Below, in pieces: positions 34,679 through 43,697 of a DNA stretch of 64,000 bases (position 1 is the first letter of the stretch; each line of letters begins with the position of its first letter). This DNA is from a virus. A program made the translations under genes and the position numbers. The notes under the pieces were generated by a model that worked only from the letters and a program-made list of their open reading frames with translations, ran no database searches and had not been told where the DNA came from. The stretch spans positions 27,149 through 91,148 of IMG/VR virus record IMGVR_UViG_3300005471_000012. One strand, 5' to 3'.

Positions 34679-35635
34679 ATGCCCGAACTCAACCCGGGCG
34701 CCATCTCGGCGAGCCCCGGGACGCCGTACGTCACCCCATCGCTGCTGCTCTCGGCGCCTACAGGGATCGTGTGGTCGACGCTCGGACCCGGCGCGCGGCC
34801 GAACGAGCAGCAGCAGTTCGACGAGCAGCTGAACCTGTGCCGCCGCGCCACCAGCATGATCGACGGGTACTGCAACCAGCCGCTGCGGGCCACCCTGGAC
34901 AGCGAGACGCTGTACGGGCCCGGTGAACTGCGTTTTCAGATGCAGCCCAACGGTAATGCGCGGCTGCTGCTGTCCCGTTCCCCGGTCACCGCGGTGCTCG
35001 GCGGCCAGGTGTCGATGGCCGCGTCGTTCCCGGCGCAGAACACCCCGATCCCCGCAGCCAGCTTCAAGATCGCAAATCCGCTGATCGGGGTGTACGGCGC
35101 GACCGTCCCCGGCGGGTCCGACAACTCCGGGCAGGCGGTGTTCCTCGCACCCGGAGTGGTCTCGTGGCTGGCCGGCCGGTTCGGGTACCAGGTGCAGGTC
35201 TCCTACATCAACGGCTGGCCGCACGGCTCCACGCAGGCGGCCGCCGCGGCAGGCGACGCGACGATCGAGATAGACGACTGCACCGGCTGGGGCGTTCCGC
35301 CCGGCGGCACTACCGGCGCGACAGGTACCTTGTATGACCCTGGCGCGCAGGAAACCATCACCGTGCTGGCCGCGTCTGCGACGTCCGGCCCGGGGGTCCT
35401 TGCGCTGTCAGCGCCACTGGCCTACAGCCATGCGGTCGGCGTCATGGCCAGCACGTTGCCGAACACGGTCATCCAGGCCGCGATCTTGTATTGCGTCAGC
35501 CAGGCGCTGGTCCGGGGCACGACGTCGACGAGCATCCAGTCCCTTCCCGGCGGCGCCGCCGGCGGGGGGAAGTCGGGCGAGGAATACGCCACCGAAGCCG
35601 ACCTGATGATCCACCCGTACAAGCGGGTCATATGA
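34679..35635 (+). CDS. head-tail adaptor
   Basis: PYVT...RAT..IDGYCNQ..; LP..V.QAA..; C-terminal PYKR; position in the module. Confidence 0.7.
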   Translation: MPELNPGAISASPGTPYVTPSLLLSAPTGIVWSTLGPGARPNEQQQFDEQLNLCRRATSMIDGYCNQPLRATLDSETLYGPGELRFQMQPNGNARLLLSRSPVTAVLGGQVSMAASFPAQNTPIPAASFKIANPLIGVYGATVPGGSDNSGQAVFLAPGVVSWLAGRFGYQVQVSYINGWPHGSTQAAAAAGDATIEIDDCTGWGVPPGGTTGATGTLYDPGAQETITVLAASATSGPGVLALSAPLAYSHAVGVMASTLPNTVIQAAILYCVSQALVRGTTSTSIQSLPGGAAGGGKSGEEYATEADLMIHPYKRVI

Positions 35636-35655
35636 CGTATAAGCGGGTCATATGA
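35616..35655 (+). repeat. 20-bp tandem duplication at a gene junction
   Basis: CGTACAAGCGGGTCATATGA CGTATAAGCGGGTCATATGA. Confidence 0.9.
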
Positions 35656-36353
35656 AGCCGCCGGGCGTCAACGTCCCGGCGCCGCTGCCAGGGGCAAGGC
35701 GGGGCCACCGGCGGCATCCGAGGATCACCAACCAGCTCGTGCCGGTCCCGCACCATCATGCGCATAAACGCCGTCATCATGCGAAGAAACGCCGTCACCA
35801 GGCTCACGGCCGGCACCACGGCCTGACGTTGCCCGGCCCGCCGGCCGGGTCGTGGATTCTGGGCGGCAACGACCGTTACGGCAACTGCGCGGCGGTGGCC
35901 GCCGCGAACAGCCTGCTGGCCGTGACCGGCCGGCGGGCCTCCGGTCAGGACATCCTGGCGCTGCACCAGGCCGCCTGCCGTGGCCACGACGCCGGCGCGG
36001 CGATAGCCGACGTGCTGCATGCCCTGGTCGCGACCGGGCTGGCCGGCGCGTGGCCCGGCGGCTTCGAAGAACTCGAGGACGGGGAACCGCTGGCCGGGAC
36101 CGGGCTGATCGTCGGCCTGGCACTGGAAGAAGCGCAGAAACAGCAGGCCGTCTGGGATGACGTGCCATCCCCGCCGTGGGGGCCGCACGCGGCCGTGCTG
36201 GCCGGCGGCGCGGTGATCAGCTGGGGCCGGGAGATACCGGTCACCGGCGTGTTTCTCGCCGGGCAGGTCACGTCGGCGTGGCGGGTGCGGTGGCAGGGGG
36301 TGCCCGCCCGGTGCCGCTTAACTCTGTCAGTGAATACGTCCTCGGCTTGCTGA
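35652..36353 (+). CDS. putative papain-like cysteine peptidase with a His/Arg-rich N-terminus
   Basis: GND.YGNC..AA (Cys); GPHAA (His); ISWG. Confidence 0.5.
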   Translation: MKPPGVNVPAPLPGARRGHRRHPRITNQLVPVPHHHAHKRRHHAKKRRHQAHGRHHGLTLPGPPAGSWILGGNDRYGNCAAVAAANSLLAVTGRRASGQDILALHQAACRGHDAGAAIADVLHALVATGLAGAWPGGFEELEDGEPLAGTGLIVGLALEEAQKQQAVWDDVPSPPWGPHAAVLAGGAVISWGREIPVTGVFLAGQVTSAWRVRWQGVPARCRLTLSVNTSSAC

Positions 36354-36823
36354 ACGGGCTGCCGTTGCCCGGCCCGGCCGGGGAAGGCGGTGCCCTGCAG
36401 TGCTTCATCACGCCTCCGGATCCGGGCACGCTGACCGTTCCGACCGCCTACCTGTGGCCAGGGACAGGCGCCGAGACACGGCTGACCCCGCCTAGGGCCG
36501 GGGGCCCGAACGTCGTCAAGCCAGGCTGGAAGAAGATCGCCCACCAGTTGCAACTGTGGATCTCGTGGGTCGGCTCGGGCGACGACCCTTCGGCTGACAC
36601 GAATTTCCCCGCCGTAGTCGACGCGATCATGGCGGCTTTGCGTCCGTCTGCCGACGAAGTCACGGTCACCGACCCGATCACGGGGGTGATCACTTCAGTG
36701 ATCCTCGGGGTCGGCGAGCAGATGACCTACGACGTCGCGGTCGTGCACGCCCTCGAAGACCAGCGGTACCTACGGTACGACGCGCGGCTCACCCTTCCCG
36801 TTTCCGAGTATTTCCAGTCCTGA
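36311..36823 (+). CDS. tail terminator/completion protein
   Basis: Position before the major tail protein; D.IM.ALR motif. Confidence 0.55.
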   Translation: MPLNSVSEYVLGLLNGLPLPGPAGEGGALQCFITPPDPGTLTVPTAYLWPGTGAETRLTPPRAGGPNVVKPGWKKIAHQLQLWISWVGSGDDPSADTNFPAVVDAIMAALRPSADEVTVTDPITGVITSVILGVGEQMTYDVAVVHALEDQRYLRYDARLTLPVSEYFQS

Positions 36824-36841
36824 CCCCCACCACGGAGGCAT

Positions 36842-37141
36842 GTGGCGCAAGCCCGTTACCCCTACCTGGGCCCCGACGCCCGGCTGTACACGCAGTACCT
36901 CGACGTGACTGACGCGCCGCGTCCCCTGGAAGCCGAACTCGGCCGCTCGTACGCAATGACGCCGGTACCGGGCTGGGACGACGGCAAGGGCGGCAGCCTC
37001 CTTCCGGTTCCGCCCGGTGATGGCCGCTGGGGTGACGCGCTCGCCGCAGGCCATCTCCCGGACGTCGGCCAGGCCGAGGCACCGCCGGTGCCTGACCGGG
37101 CAGCCGAGGCCACTCCCGCCAGCAAGCGGAAGGAGGCCTAG
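36842..37141 (+). CDS. hypothetical protein
   Basis: GGAGG RBS. Confidence 0.55.
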   Translation: MAQARYPYLGPDARLYTQYLDVTDAPRPLEAELGRSYAMTPVPGWDDGKGGSLLPVPPGDGRWGDALAAGHLPDVGQAEAPPVPDRAAEATPASKRKEA

Positions 37142-37144
37142 GCC

Positions 37145-38410
37145 ATGGCCGGACCAACGGCAATCTTCCCGGTCACCAGGCGGTTCATCGGCATCGCCAA
37201 GGAAGTCACCCCCGGCACCGCCGTAATGCCGACAGCGACACTGCCGATGACCACCTTCGACCCCGAAGACAAAGTTATCTACCTGCCCGATGAGTCGTGG
37301 CGCAACTCCATGGCCGGCGAATACGCCCTGATCCAGGGCGTCGAGTCCGCTGACATTTCGATGGGCGGCCCGTTCTTCGGCGACGGCATCGGCTACCACC
37401 TGCTGAACATCTTCGGCGACTACTGGCAGACCGTCACCGGTAGCGCAGGCACCGCCACCACCGTCGGTGCCACCCCTTACGTGGCGGGCGCGGCGACGCT
37501 GAACGTCACGTCTGGCACCAACCTGACCACCAGCACGACGTTCGCGGTCGGCGCGCTCGGTACCTCGGCGGAAGAGGTCCGCACGGTCGCCTCGGGTGGC
37601 GGCACGACCACGATCACCATGAATGCGCCGTTCTACCAGAACCACGCCTCGGGTGTCGCGGTCACCCCGTACACGTCGGTCACCACCGTCAACCACCTGT
37701 TCAGTCTGCTGAACTCGGGGACCGGCGCCGGCGGCAGCCTGCAAGCACAGCCGCCCGCGTACACGCTGACCGACTACACCGGGCTCACCACCACCGTCGG
37801 CGCCCGCGCCTACCCGTACAGCTGCCTTTCCGAGCTCACCTTCACCGGCGCCGCCGAGGCGCTGCTGATGTGGGAAGCGAAAGCCACGTCGTTCGTGTCG
37901 CAGGCCGCGGCCAGCACCCCGACCGCCTCGGTGTCCACGGTGATCCCGCAAGCCGACTGGCGCAGCCTCGTCGGCATCGGCGGTACGACCGTCGGCTCGC
38001 CGATCAACGACGTCAAAGAGTGGAAGGTCACGCTCAGCCGGAAAGTCGCGCCGTACTGGACGAACGACGGGCAGCAGAACCCGTACACCATCGCCCGTGG
38101 CGCTTTCACCGTTTCCGGCAGCCTGTCCTTCGACCCGTCCTACGACGAGTCACAGCTGCTGAACTTCCTCAACAACACGCAGCCGCAGTTGCAGATCGTG
38201 GCCGCCAACGGCCTGGCCGGCTCGGCTGTGATCTCGCTGACGATCAACATCCAGGCCGCCGCCTACGAGACCGCGAAGATCACCTCCTCGGGTGACCTGT
38301 TCGGCCACGACATCACCTTCAAAGGAATCGCCAACACCACCAACGTCGGCCCGTCCGGGTCGTATTCGCCGTGCCAGATCCAGGTGTCCAACTCGGTCAC
38401 CAACTACTGA
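37145..38410 (+). CDS. major tail tube protein
   Basis: IGIAKE.T.GT.V.P start motif; T/S-rich; followed by a terminator and the chaperones. Confidence 0.8.
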   Translation: MAGPTAIFPVTRRFIGIAKEVTPGTAVMPTATLPMTTFDPEDKVIYLPDESWRNSMAGEYALIQGVESADISMGGPFFGDGIGYHLLNIFGDYWQTVTGSAGTATTVGATPYVAGAATLNVTSGTNLTTSTTFAVGALGTSAEEVRTVASGGGTTTITMNAPFYQNHASGVAVTPYTSVTTVNHLFSLLNSGTGAGGSLQAQPPAYTLTDYTGLTTTVGARAYPYSCLSELTFTGAAEALLMWEAKATSFVSQAAASTPTASVSTVIPQADWRSLVGIGGTTVGSPINDVKEWKVTLSRKVAPYWTNDGQQNPYTIARGAFTVSGSLSFDPSYDESQLLNFLNNTQPQLQIVAANGLAGSAVISLTINIQAAAYETAKITSSGDLFGHDITFKGIANTTNVGPSGSYSPCQIQVSNSVTNY

Positions 38411-38421
38411 CCCCCCGCCCG

Positions 38422-38450
38422 CCCGCCACCCGGTCCGGGTGGCGGGTTTC
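38422..38450 (+). terminator. terminator-like hairpin
   Basis: CCCGCCACCCG / CGGGTGGCGGG followed by TTTC. Confidence 0.6.
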
Positions 38451-38470
38451 CGCGTGAAAGGGAACACAGG

Positions 38471-38806
38471 ATGAAAGTTGATCTTCCGTCGGGTGGCTGG
38501 GCGGAACTAAGGGACAAGCTGAAAGGCGGCGACCGGGTCGCCGCCATGGAAGCCGTCCGGGTGGAAGTCGCCGACGGCAAGACCACCGTCGACGGGTCCG
38601 TGGAAACACGGGTGTGCAACGCGCTGCTGGCCCGGCTGATCACCGCCTGGTCGTTTGAGGGCGTCCCCGCGCCAGCCACGCACATCAACCCGTCCGCGAT
38701 TCTCGAAGACCTTGACCTGGACGACTACAACGCCCTCTGCGAGGCGATCGAGCCGTACGTGGAAAAGGTGACGCCCCGCCCAAACCGTCCGGCGCGGCGA
38801 AACTGA
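38471..38806 (+). CDS. tail assembly chaperone (G)
   Basis: LITAWSF..P motif; position in the tail module. Confidence 0.8.
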   Translation: MKVDLPSGGWAELRDKLKGGDRVAAMEAVRVEVADGKTTVDGSVETRVCNALLARLITAWSFEGVPAPATHINPSAILEDLDLDDYNALCEAIEPYVEKVTPRPNRPARRN

Positions 38807-39051
38807 CCGCCTGGTTCCTCGGCCAGAACGTGGACCTCCCCGCGGACATGCCGCCCGGGATGCTCGGCTACCGGTGGTTCGCCGCCGCCTACCAGTGGAC
38901 TCCGGCCCAGGTAGACGACCTCGACCTAGAGCACGCCGACTGGCTGGTGCTCATCGAGAACGCCGAACGGCACGCCCAGGAGATCAGGAACAAGCGGTCA
39001 GCGCCGCCGGAGTTCCCGGCCGGGCCGGGCGGGTTCGGCGGCAGCCGGTAA
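38779..39051 (+). CDS. tail assembly chaperone -1 frameshift extension (GT)
   Basis: In-frame slippery C CCA AAC at 38779-38785; the -1 frame is open to 39051 and contains WTPAQVDDL. Confidence 0.75.
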   Translation, partial: PKPSGAAKLTAWFLGQNVDLPADMPPGMLGYRWFAAAYQWTPAQVDDLDLEHADWLVLIENAERHAQEIRNKRSAPPEFPAGPGGFGGSR

Positions 39052-39071
39052 AAGCACAGGGGGGAACGGCG

Positions 39072-39557
39072 ATGGCCGGTTTCGGTGACGCCGAAGCAGC
39101 ACTCGAGCGCTTTGCCGCAAGCGCCCGCGCCGGCGGCGCGGCCGCCGCCGCTAATGCGATGGCCGGCCGTTTCGTTGACCACGAGCAGAAAGTCACCCTG
39201 AACCGCAGCACGCATGCCCGCGGGTCGCGTGGCGCCGCGCCGCGCGGTTCGCCGCCTGCCCGCGTGTCGGGGTGGCTGGCCGCGTCGTTTCAGATCGACC
39301 GGGCCGCGCCCGGTGGCGACTCAGCGTCCGCGCTCGCCGGCCCGACCGCCATCTACTCACGGTTGCAGGAACTCGGCGGCGGGATCACCAAAGACCCGGG
39401 GTTTATGCACTGGGTTGACTACGGCGGCCCGCAATACCGGCATTTCGTCTATGTCGGCCCGCACCCCTACATGCGGCCCGGGGTCGAGGCAGTGATCGCC
39501 GACGGGTCCTTGCGCGCTGCCGCCGCCGAGGCGTTCGCCGCGGCCACCGGCCAGTAG
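39072..39557 (+). CDS. HK97 gp10-like tail completion/neck protein
   Basis: PPA.VSG.L..S; YSRLQELG; P.PYMRP motifs. Confidence 0.65.
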   Translation: MAGFGDAEAALERFAASARAGGAAAAANAMAGRFVDHEQKVTLNRSTHARGSRGAAPRGSPPARVSGWLAASFQIDRAAPGGDSASALAGPTAIYSRLQELGGGITKDPGFMHWVDYGGPQYRHFVYVGPHPYMRPGVEAVIADGSLRAAAAEAFAAATGQ

Positions 39558-39578
39558 GCACGACGGCGGGGAGGTCCG

Positions 39579-42575
39579 GTGGCCGATTACCTTCCCCCCG
39601 TCATTCAGGAATTCATCGCCCGGGTCGCCGAATACGTCACCCCGGTACTAGAAGCCACGCGGGCGGTCTCCGACTTCGCCGACGAGAACCGGACCGCGGC
39701 GCTCGCCGTCGAGGCGATGGGCCTGGCAGCCGGAGGCGTAGCACAAGGCCTTGACGAAGAGGCCAGGGCCGCCGGGGACGCGCGCACCAGCCTTGAAGAA
39801 GCCGGGATCGCGGCGTCCAGCCTGTCCAGGCGGTTCACCGGCCTGATCGGCAAAAGCGCAGCGCTGGTCACGGCACTGAAAGCCCTGGACCTTGAGCTAG
39901 ACGCAAAAAAGGCGGCGCTCGCTGACGTGGGGGGCAGCGCCGCCGTCCTGGCAGCCGCAATGCGGGTGCTCGGCGACCGGACAGGCGCCGCCGACCGGGC
40001 TGCGGCCAGCGCCGGCAACAGGTGGCGGCTGTGGGGCACCGGGATCCGGCTGACCGGCGCGGCGATCCACTGGCTGATCGCCGGGTTCGCCGAACTGATG
40101 GCCGTCGTCATTCCTGCCACCGTCGCGGCGGGGGCGTGGGCAGCGGCGTGGCTGCAAGGCACCATGAACGTCGCCCGGCATCTCAACGCCGTGTACATAG
40201 CCACCGAGGCCATGGCCAACATGGGGGCCAAGACCGCCGGCCAGGTGCTCGGCCTGGGGAACGCGCTGCAAAAGGCGCAGGATGCCGCGAACCCGAACGT
40301 CTACCAGGCGCTCGGCGGCGCGATCAACATCGTCCGGGAGCATTTCAGCGGCCTCGCCGAAACCGGCCGCCAGGTCGGCCTGGTCTTCGACCGGTTCGTG
40401 GCAAGGCTCGTCTACGACATGTCCGCCGCCGGCGGCGCCGGCGGCAAACTCGACCACGTCCTGTCAGCGATGATCCCCGACCTTGTCGGGCTCGGGCGAG
40501 TTTTCGGGAACCTCGGCCACGCTCTGCTGAACTTCGCGTCCGCGATGCCCGGCCTCGCCGAAGTGCTGCTCGGGATCGTCGCCGGCATCACGAAGCTGAT
40601 CGAGGTCGCTTCCAACCTGCCGGCGCCGCTGATCACCGCGATCTTCGCGTTCGAGGAGTTCAACCGCTGGGGCGGGCTGCTGGTCAACATCCTCGGCCGG
40701 ATGGGCATCGGCATGGACGCCCTGCAAGGCCGGATGTTCAGCCTCGCACGGGGCCGCAGCGTCTTCATGAACCTGTTCAACGCCATTCCGCGGCTGGTCG
40801 GCGCGGCCGGGGTAGCCATCGGCACGCTGGTCGGCAGGCTTGCCGGCATTGTCCCCGCCGCCGGAAATGCCGGCGCGGCAATCGTCAGGTTCGGTGCGCA
40901 GGCCGAAGAGTCTGCGGCAGGCCTGGGATTCCTGCAGGCTGCGGCGGTCACGTTCGGCGCCATAGCGCTCGGGTTCCTGATCTACAAACTCGCCACCGCG
41001 AGGACAGCCGCGCAGCGGCTCGGCGACGCGATGCAGCAGACCGTGGAAAAGGCAAGCAATTTTTCGATCCTCCGCGACGTCGGCGCCAACCTGAGCATCC
41101 TGGCGCAGAAAACCGCGCAGGCGACCGCCGAAATGCGCAAGAACGCCGCAGGCGCCGTTTACGCGGGCGGGGTGGAAGGCCGGCTTACGAACACGGTCAC
41201 CCAGTCGCAGTTCGCCTACCAGTACGCCGCCAAGGCGGTCGCCGATTACAGCGCAGCGCAGGTTCAGCAGATCGGCGACGCCGCGCAGACCGTCAAGGGC
41301 GCGCAGCAGATCGCGTCGGCCTATCACATTTCCATTCCCGCGGCGATGGCGCTCGCCCAGACCGCCGGGGTGAACCTGACCCATGCGCTGAAAACCCAGT
41401 CCGGGGCGTGGAACGCCCTCGGGCTGCAGGTCAAGGACCAGGTCGCCGGTTTCCAGGCGATGGGCCAGTCCGGGGGCGTCGTCGGCCGCGACATGCTCGC
41501 CGTCGCCATCCAGTCAGGGCTGGCCGCGTCGAAGGTCGCGCAGCTGAACCAGGCGTGGGACGAGTTCATGGCCAACATTACCGGGGGCACCAACGCCCTC
41601 GGCGGCCTCGAAACCAGCCTGCAGAACATCGGGCAGGTCGCGGCCAGGCAGTCGAACAACCTGGACCGCTCCACCAAGACGATGAGCCTGTCCACGAAGC
41701 AGTTCGCGAACTCGCTGACCCATTACACCGGCACCGGCGCGCAGGCATGGCAGAACTTCGACCAGGTCATCGGCTCCACCATGCCGCAGCTGGCTGACTG
41801 GCTGCGGACCGCCGGCGCCGAAGGCGCCATCACGTCGAAAAAATTCAACCAGGCCATTCTCGACATGTCGTCGCAGCTGATCCCGTTCGCGAAGAAAAGC
41901 AGGACCGCCCAGGCCGAGCTGGTGGCGTTCGCGCAAAGCCAGGGCCTGAACATCAAGACATTCCCTGAACTGGAGAAAGCGGTTAAGGCCGCCCACGGGA
42001 ACGTCGCAGACCTAGGGAAGATCGTCGGCGCGACGACGGTCAAGATGGGCAACATGGGCCAGGTTGCCCAGAACCTCGGGAACGTGATGAATTCGGCCTT
42101 GTCGTCAGCTATTTCCACGGCGTCGCTGAAAGCAGCCGGGTTTTACAAGGCCACGAACAACCTGACGACGGCGCTGCAGGATTACGGTGCGCATTCGCCG
42201 CAGGCCGAAGCCGCAGCCCGGGCGGTCACCGCCGCGTGGAACCGGGCCCAGGCCATGGCAGCCACGGTTGCCCGGAAAGCCCGCGACGCGCAGGCCGCGA
42301 TTGACGCCATGCACGGCAAGAACATCGACATCACCACCTACTACAGGCAAGTCGGACGGGGCACCGGGATCGGCGCGCCCGGCGGCGGGCCCGGCAGCCA
42401 CAGCCTCGGCGTCAGCGGCACGATGCAGGCAGCCGCCGGCGGCAACGTGACCGTGCACGTGCACGGCTCGGTGGTCGCTACCCAGGACATCGCACGGGCC
42501 GTCCAAAGCGGGCTGAACCGCAAGACGATCCGCAACGGGTCCACCCAGGCGTTCATCCCCGGGCGCCTGCACTAG
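39579..42575 (+). CDS. tape measure protein
   Basis: 998 aa, Ala/Gly/Gln-rich helical protein with hydrophobic segments; downstream of the chaperones. Confidence 0.85.
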   Translation: MADYLPPVIQEFIARVAEYVTPVLEATRAVSDFADENRTAALAVEAMGLAAGGVAQGLDEEARAAGDARTSLEEAGIAASSLSRRFTGLIGKSAALVTALKALDLELDAKKAALADVGGSAAVLAAAMRVLGDRTGAADRAAASAGNRWRLWGTGIRLTGAAIHWLIAGFAELMAVVIPATVAAGAWAAAWLQGTMNVARHLNAVYIATEAMANMGAKTAGQVLGLGNALQKAQDAANPNVYQALGGAINIVREHFSGLAETGRQVGLVFDRFVARLVYDMSAAGGAGGKLDHVLSAMIPDLVGLGRVFGNLGHALLNFASAMPGLAEVLLGIVAGITKLIEVASNLPAPLITAIFAFEEFNRWGGLLVNILGRMGIGMDALQGRMFSLARGRSVFMNLFNAIPRLVGAAGVAIGTLVGRLAGIVPAAGNAGAAIVRFGAQAEESAAGLGFLQAAAVTFGAIALGFLIYKLATARTAAQRLGDAMQQTVEKASNFSILRDVGANLSILAQKTAQATAEMRKNAAGAVYAGGVEGRLTNTVTQSQFAYQYAAKAVADYSAAQVQQIGDAAQTVKGAQQIASAYHISIPAAMALAQTAGVNLTHALKTQSGAWNALGLQVKDQVAGFQAMGQSGGVVGRDMLAVAIQSGLAASKVAQLNQAWDEFMANITGGTNALGGLETSLQNIGQVAARQSNNLDRSTKTMSLSTKQFANSLTHYTGTGAQAWQNFDQVIGSTMPQLADWLRTAGAEGAITSKKFNQAILDMSSQLIPFAKKSRTAQAELVAFAQSQGLNIKTFPELEKAVKAAHGNVADLGKIVGATTVKMGNMGQVAQNLGNVMNSALSSAISTASLKAAGFYKATNNLTTALQDYGAHSPQAEAAARAVTAAWNRAQAMAATVARKARDAQAAIDAMHGKNIDITTYYRQVGRGTGIGAPGGGPGSHSLGVSGTMQAAAGGNVTVHVHGSVVATQDIARAVQSGLNRKTIRNGSTQAFIPGRLH

Positions 42576-42866
42576 GAGGGATTGGCGTTACGAGCGGCGA
42601 AACTCTGCCGTGCGTGACTCTTGATCACGACGTCTAGCCTCTCTACCTGCGGATTCGCCCCGGAAGTCAGATTTATATAGTTCTCTCTTTTTGGTAACGA
42701 ACTATTTGACGCTTCCGAGCCGGGAGGATGAGCCACTTGCCTGAATTCGCTTTTGCCGTCAGGCATGTATGCCACGTAGGCAAGTAGACGCTGGTAGATG
42801 ACATGGTTACGATGTCACCCCGGCACTGCGGAGGAGGGAGCAGCCCAGATGGACGCCAACACCGGC

Positions 42867-43346
42867 CTAGCGCTGGAATACCAGGGCAACTATGGGACTG
42901 CCAGGGGGGATCTGGACGTCCTTGATCTCGTGAACGATCCCAGCGCTAACGGCGTTTGCCGCGTCCTTCGTCCGCTGCTCCCGGAACAGGGCGACGACCT
43001 CGGCATGGTCGAGCTTCGTGCGCTGCTCGATGATGGAGCCGATACGTAGCTCGTCGGCGTCGAGGCCGTCCAAGCGCTCCCGGAGCTGCTTCGCATCGAG
43101 CTGGATCTGAGCGGCGGCCGGCTGGAATACGGCAGCGACGCCGTGGAACATGAACGTCGAGTGCTCGCAGGCGTAGCGCTTCTCCCCGGCCAGGAAGATC
43201 GCGTTGCCGATGGAGTCGACGTTGCCGACGTTGTGCGTCATCGCGGCGATCAGGGATTCCGTGGTGTGCGCGTTGATCTCCGCCGAGAATGAGACATAGG
43301 CCGTCTTCTGCGGATTCCGGGCGCTGGACGCCTGGGTAACTGCCAC
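42867..43346 (-). CDS. ClpP/crotonase-like serine protease with an apparent internal deletion
   Basis: THNVGNVDSIG.AIFLAG..RYA...STFMFH carries catalytic Ser and His; the SPGG segment is missing; AAGGAG RBS. Confidence 0.7.
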   Translation of the reverse strand: MAVTQASSARNPQKTAYVSFSAEINAHTTESLIAAMTHNVGNVDSIGNAIFLAGEKRYACEHSTFMFHGVAAVFQPAAAQIQLDAKQLRERLDGLDADELRIGSIIEQRTKLDHAEVVALFREQRTKDAANAVSAGIVHEIKDVQIPPGSPIVALVFQR

Positions 43347-43428
43347 GGTGATAACTCCTTCTGGACGTCACTCGCTTCCGGGCTGTACCGTGACGGTGCT
43401 GTCCTTGTAAGCACGCTGGTCACGGTCG

Positions 43429-43500
43429 CGCCCTCGGCGGGGATCGGACCCGCGACGCGCCGGTTAACAGCCGGCTGCTCTGCCGTTGGGCTACGAGGGC
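43429..43500 (-). tRNA. tRNA-Asn(GTT), partly non-canonical
   Basis: Acceptor GCCCTCG/CGAGGGC; anticodon arm GCCGG-CTGTTAA-CCGGC; T arm GCGGG-TCCGATC-CCCGC; D stem mismatch; no encoded CCA. Confidence 0.75.
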
Positions 43501-43697
43501 AATGCCGGAAGGAGCGGGTGACCGCCCGCTCATTCCTTACGGTTGATCCTGCGGGTCCCGGCGCCTTGGTCGGCACTGGGACCCGCAGGTGCCGGTGATC
43601 ACGTTATCCCCCTGTCGTTTCGCTGGACCCTCCTAGCCAGCGACCGCAACCACCGTGACCTCAGCACCGCCATGCCATCTGGCCGACGAACAGGGGG

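Noticed and set aside
42572-42775. 67-aa lower-GC ORF downstream of the ClpP-like gene
   Set aside because: No RBS or motif; possibly a gene fragment of the insert but not supportable
43350-43428. tRNA-associated HDV-like (theta) ribozyme
   Set aside because: The sequence after the tRNA folds as a simple hairpin; no nested double pseudoknot is recognisable
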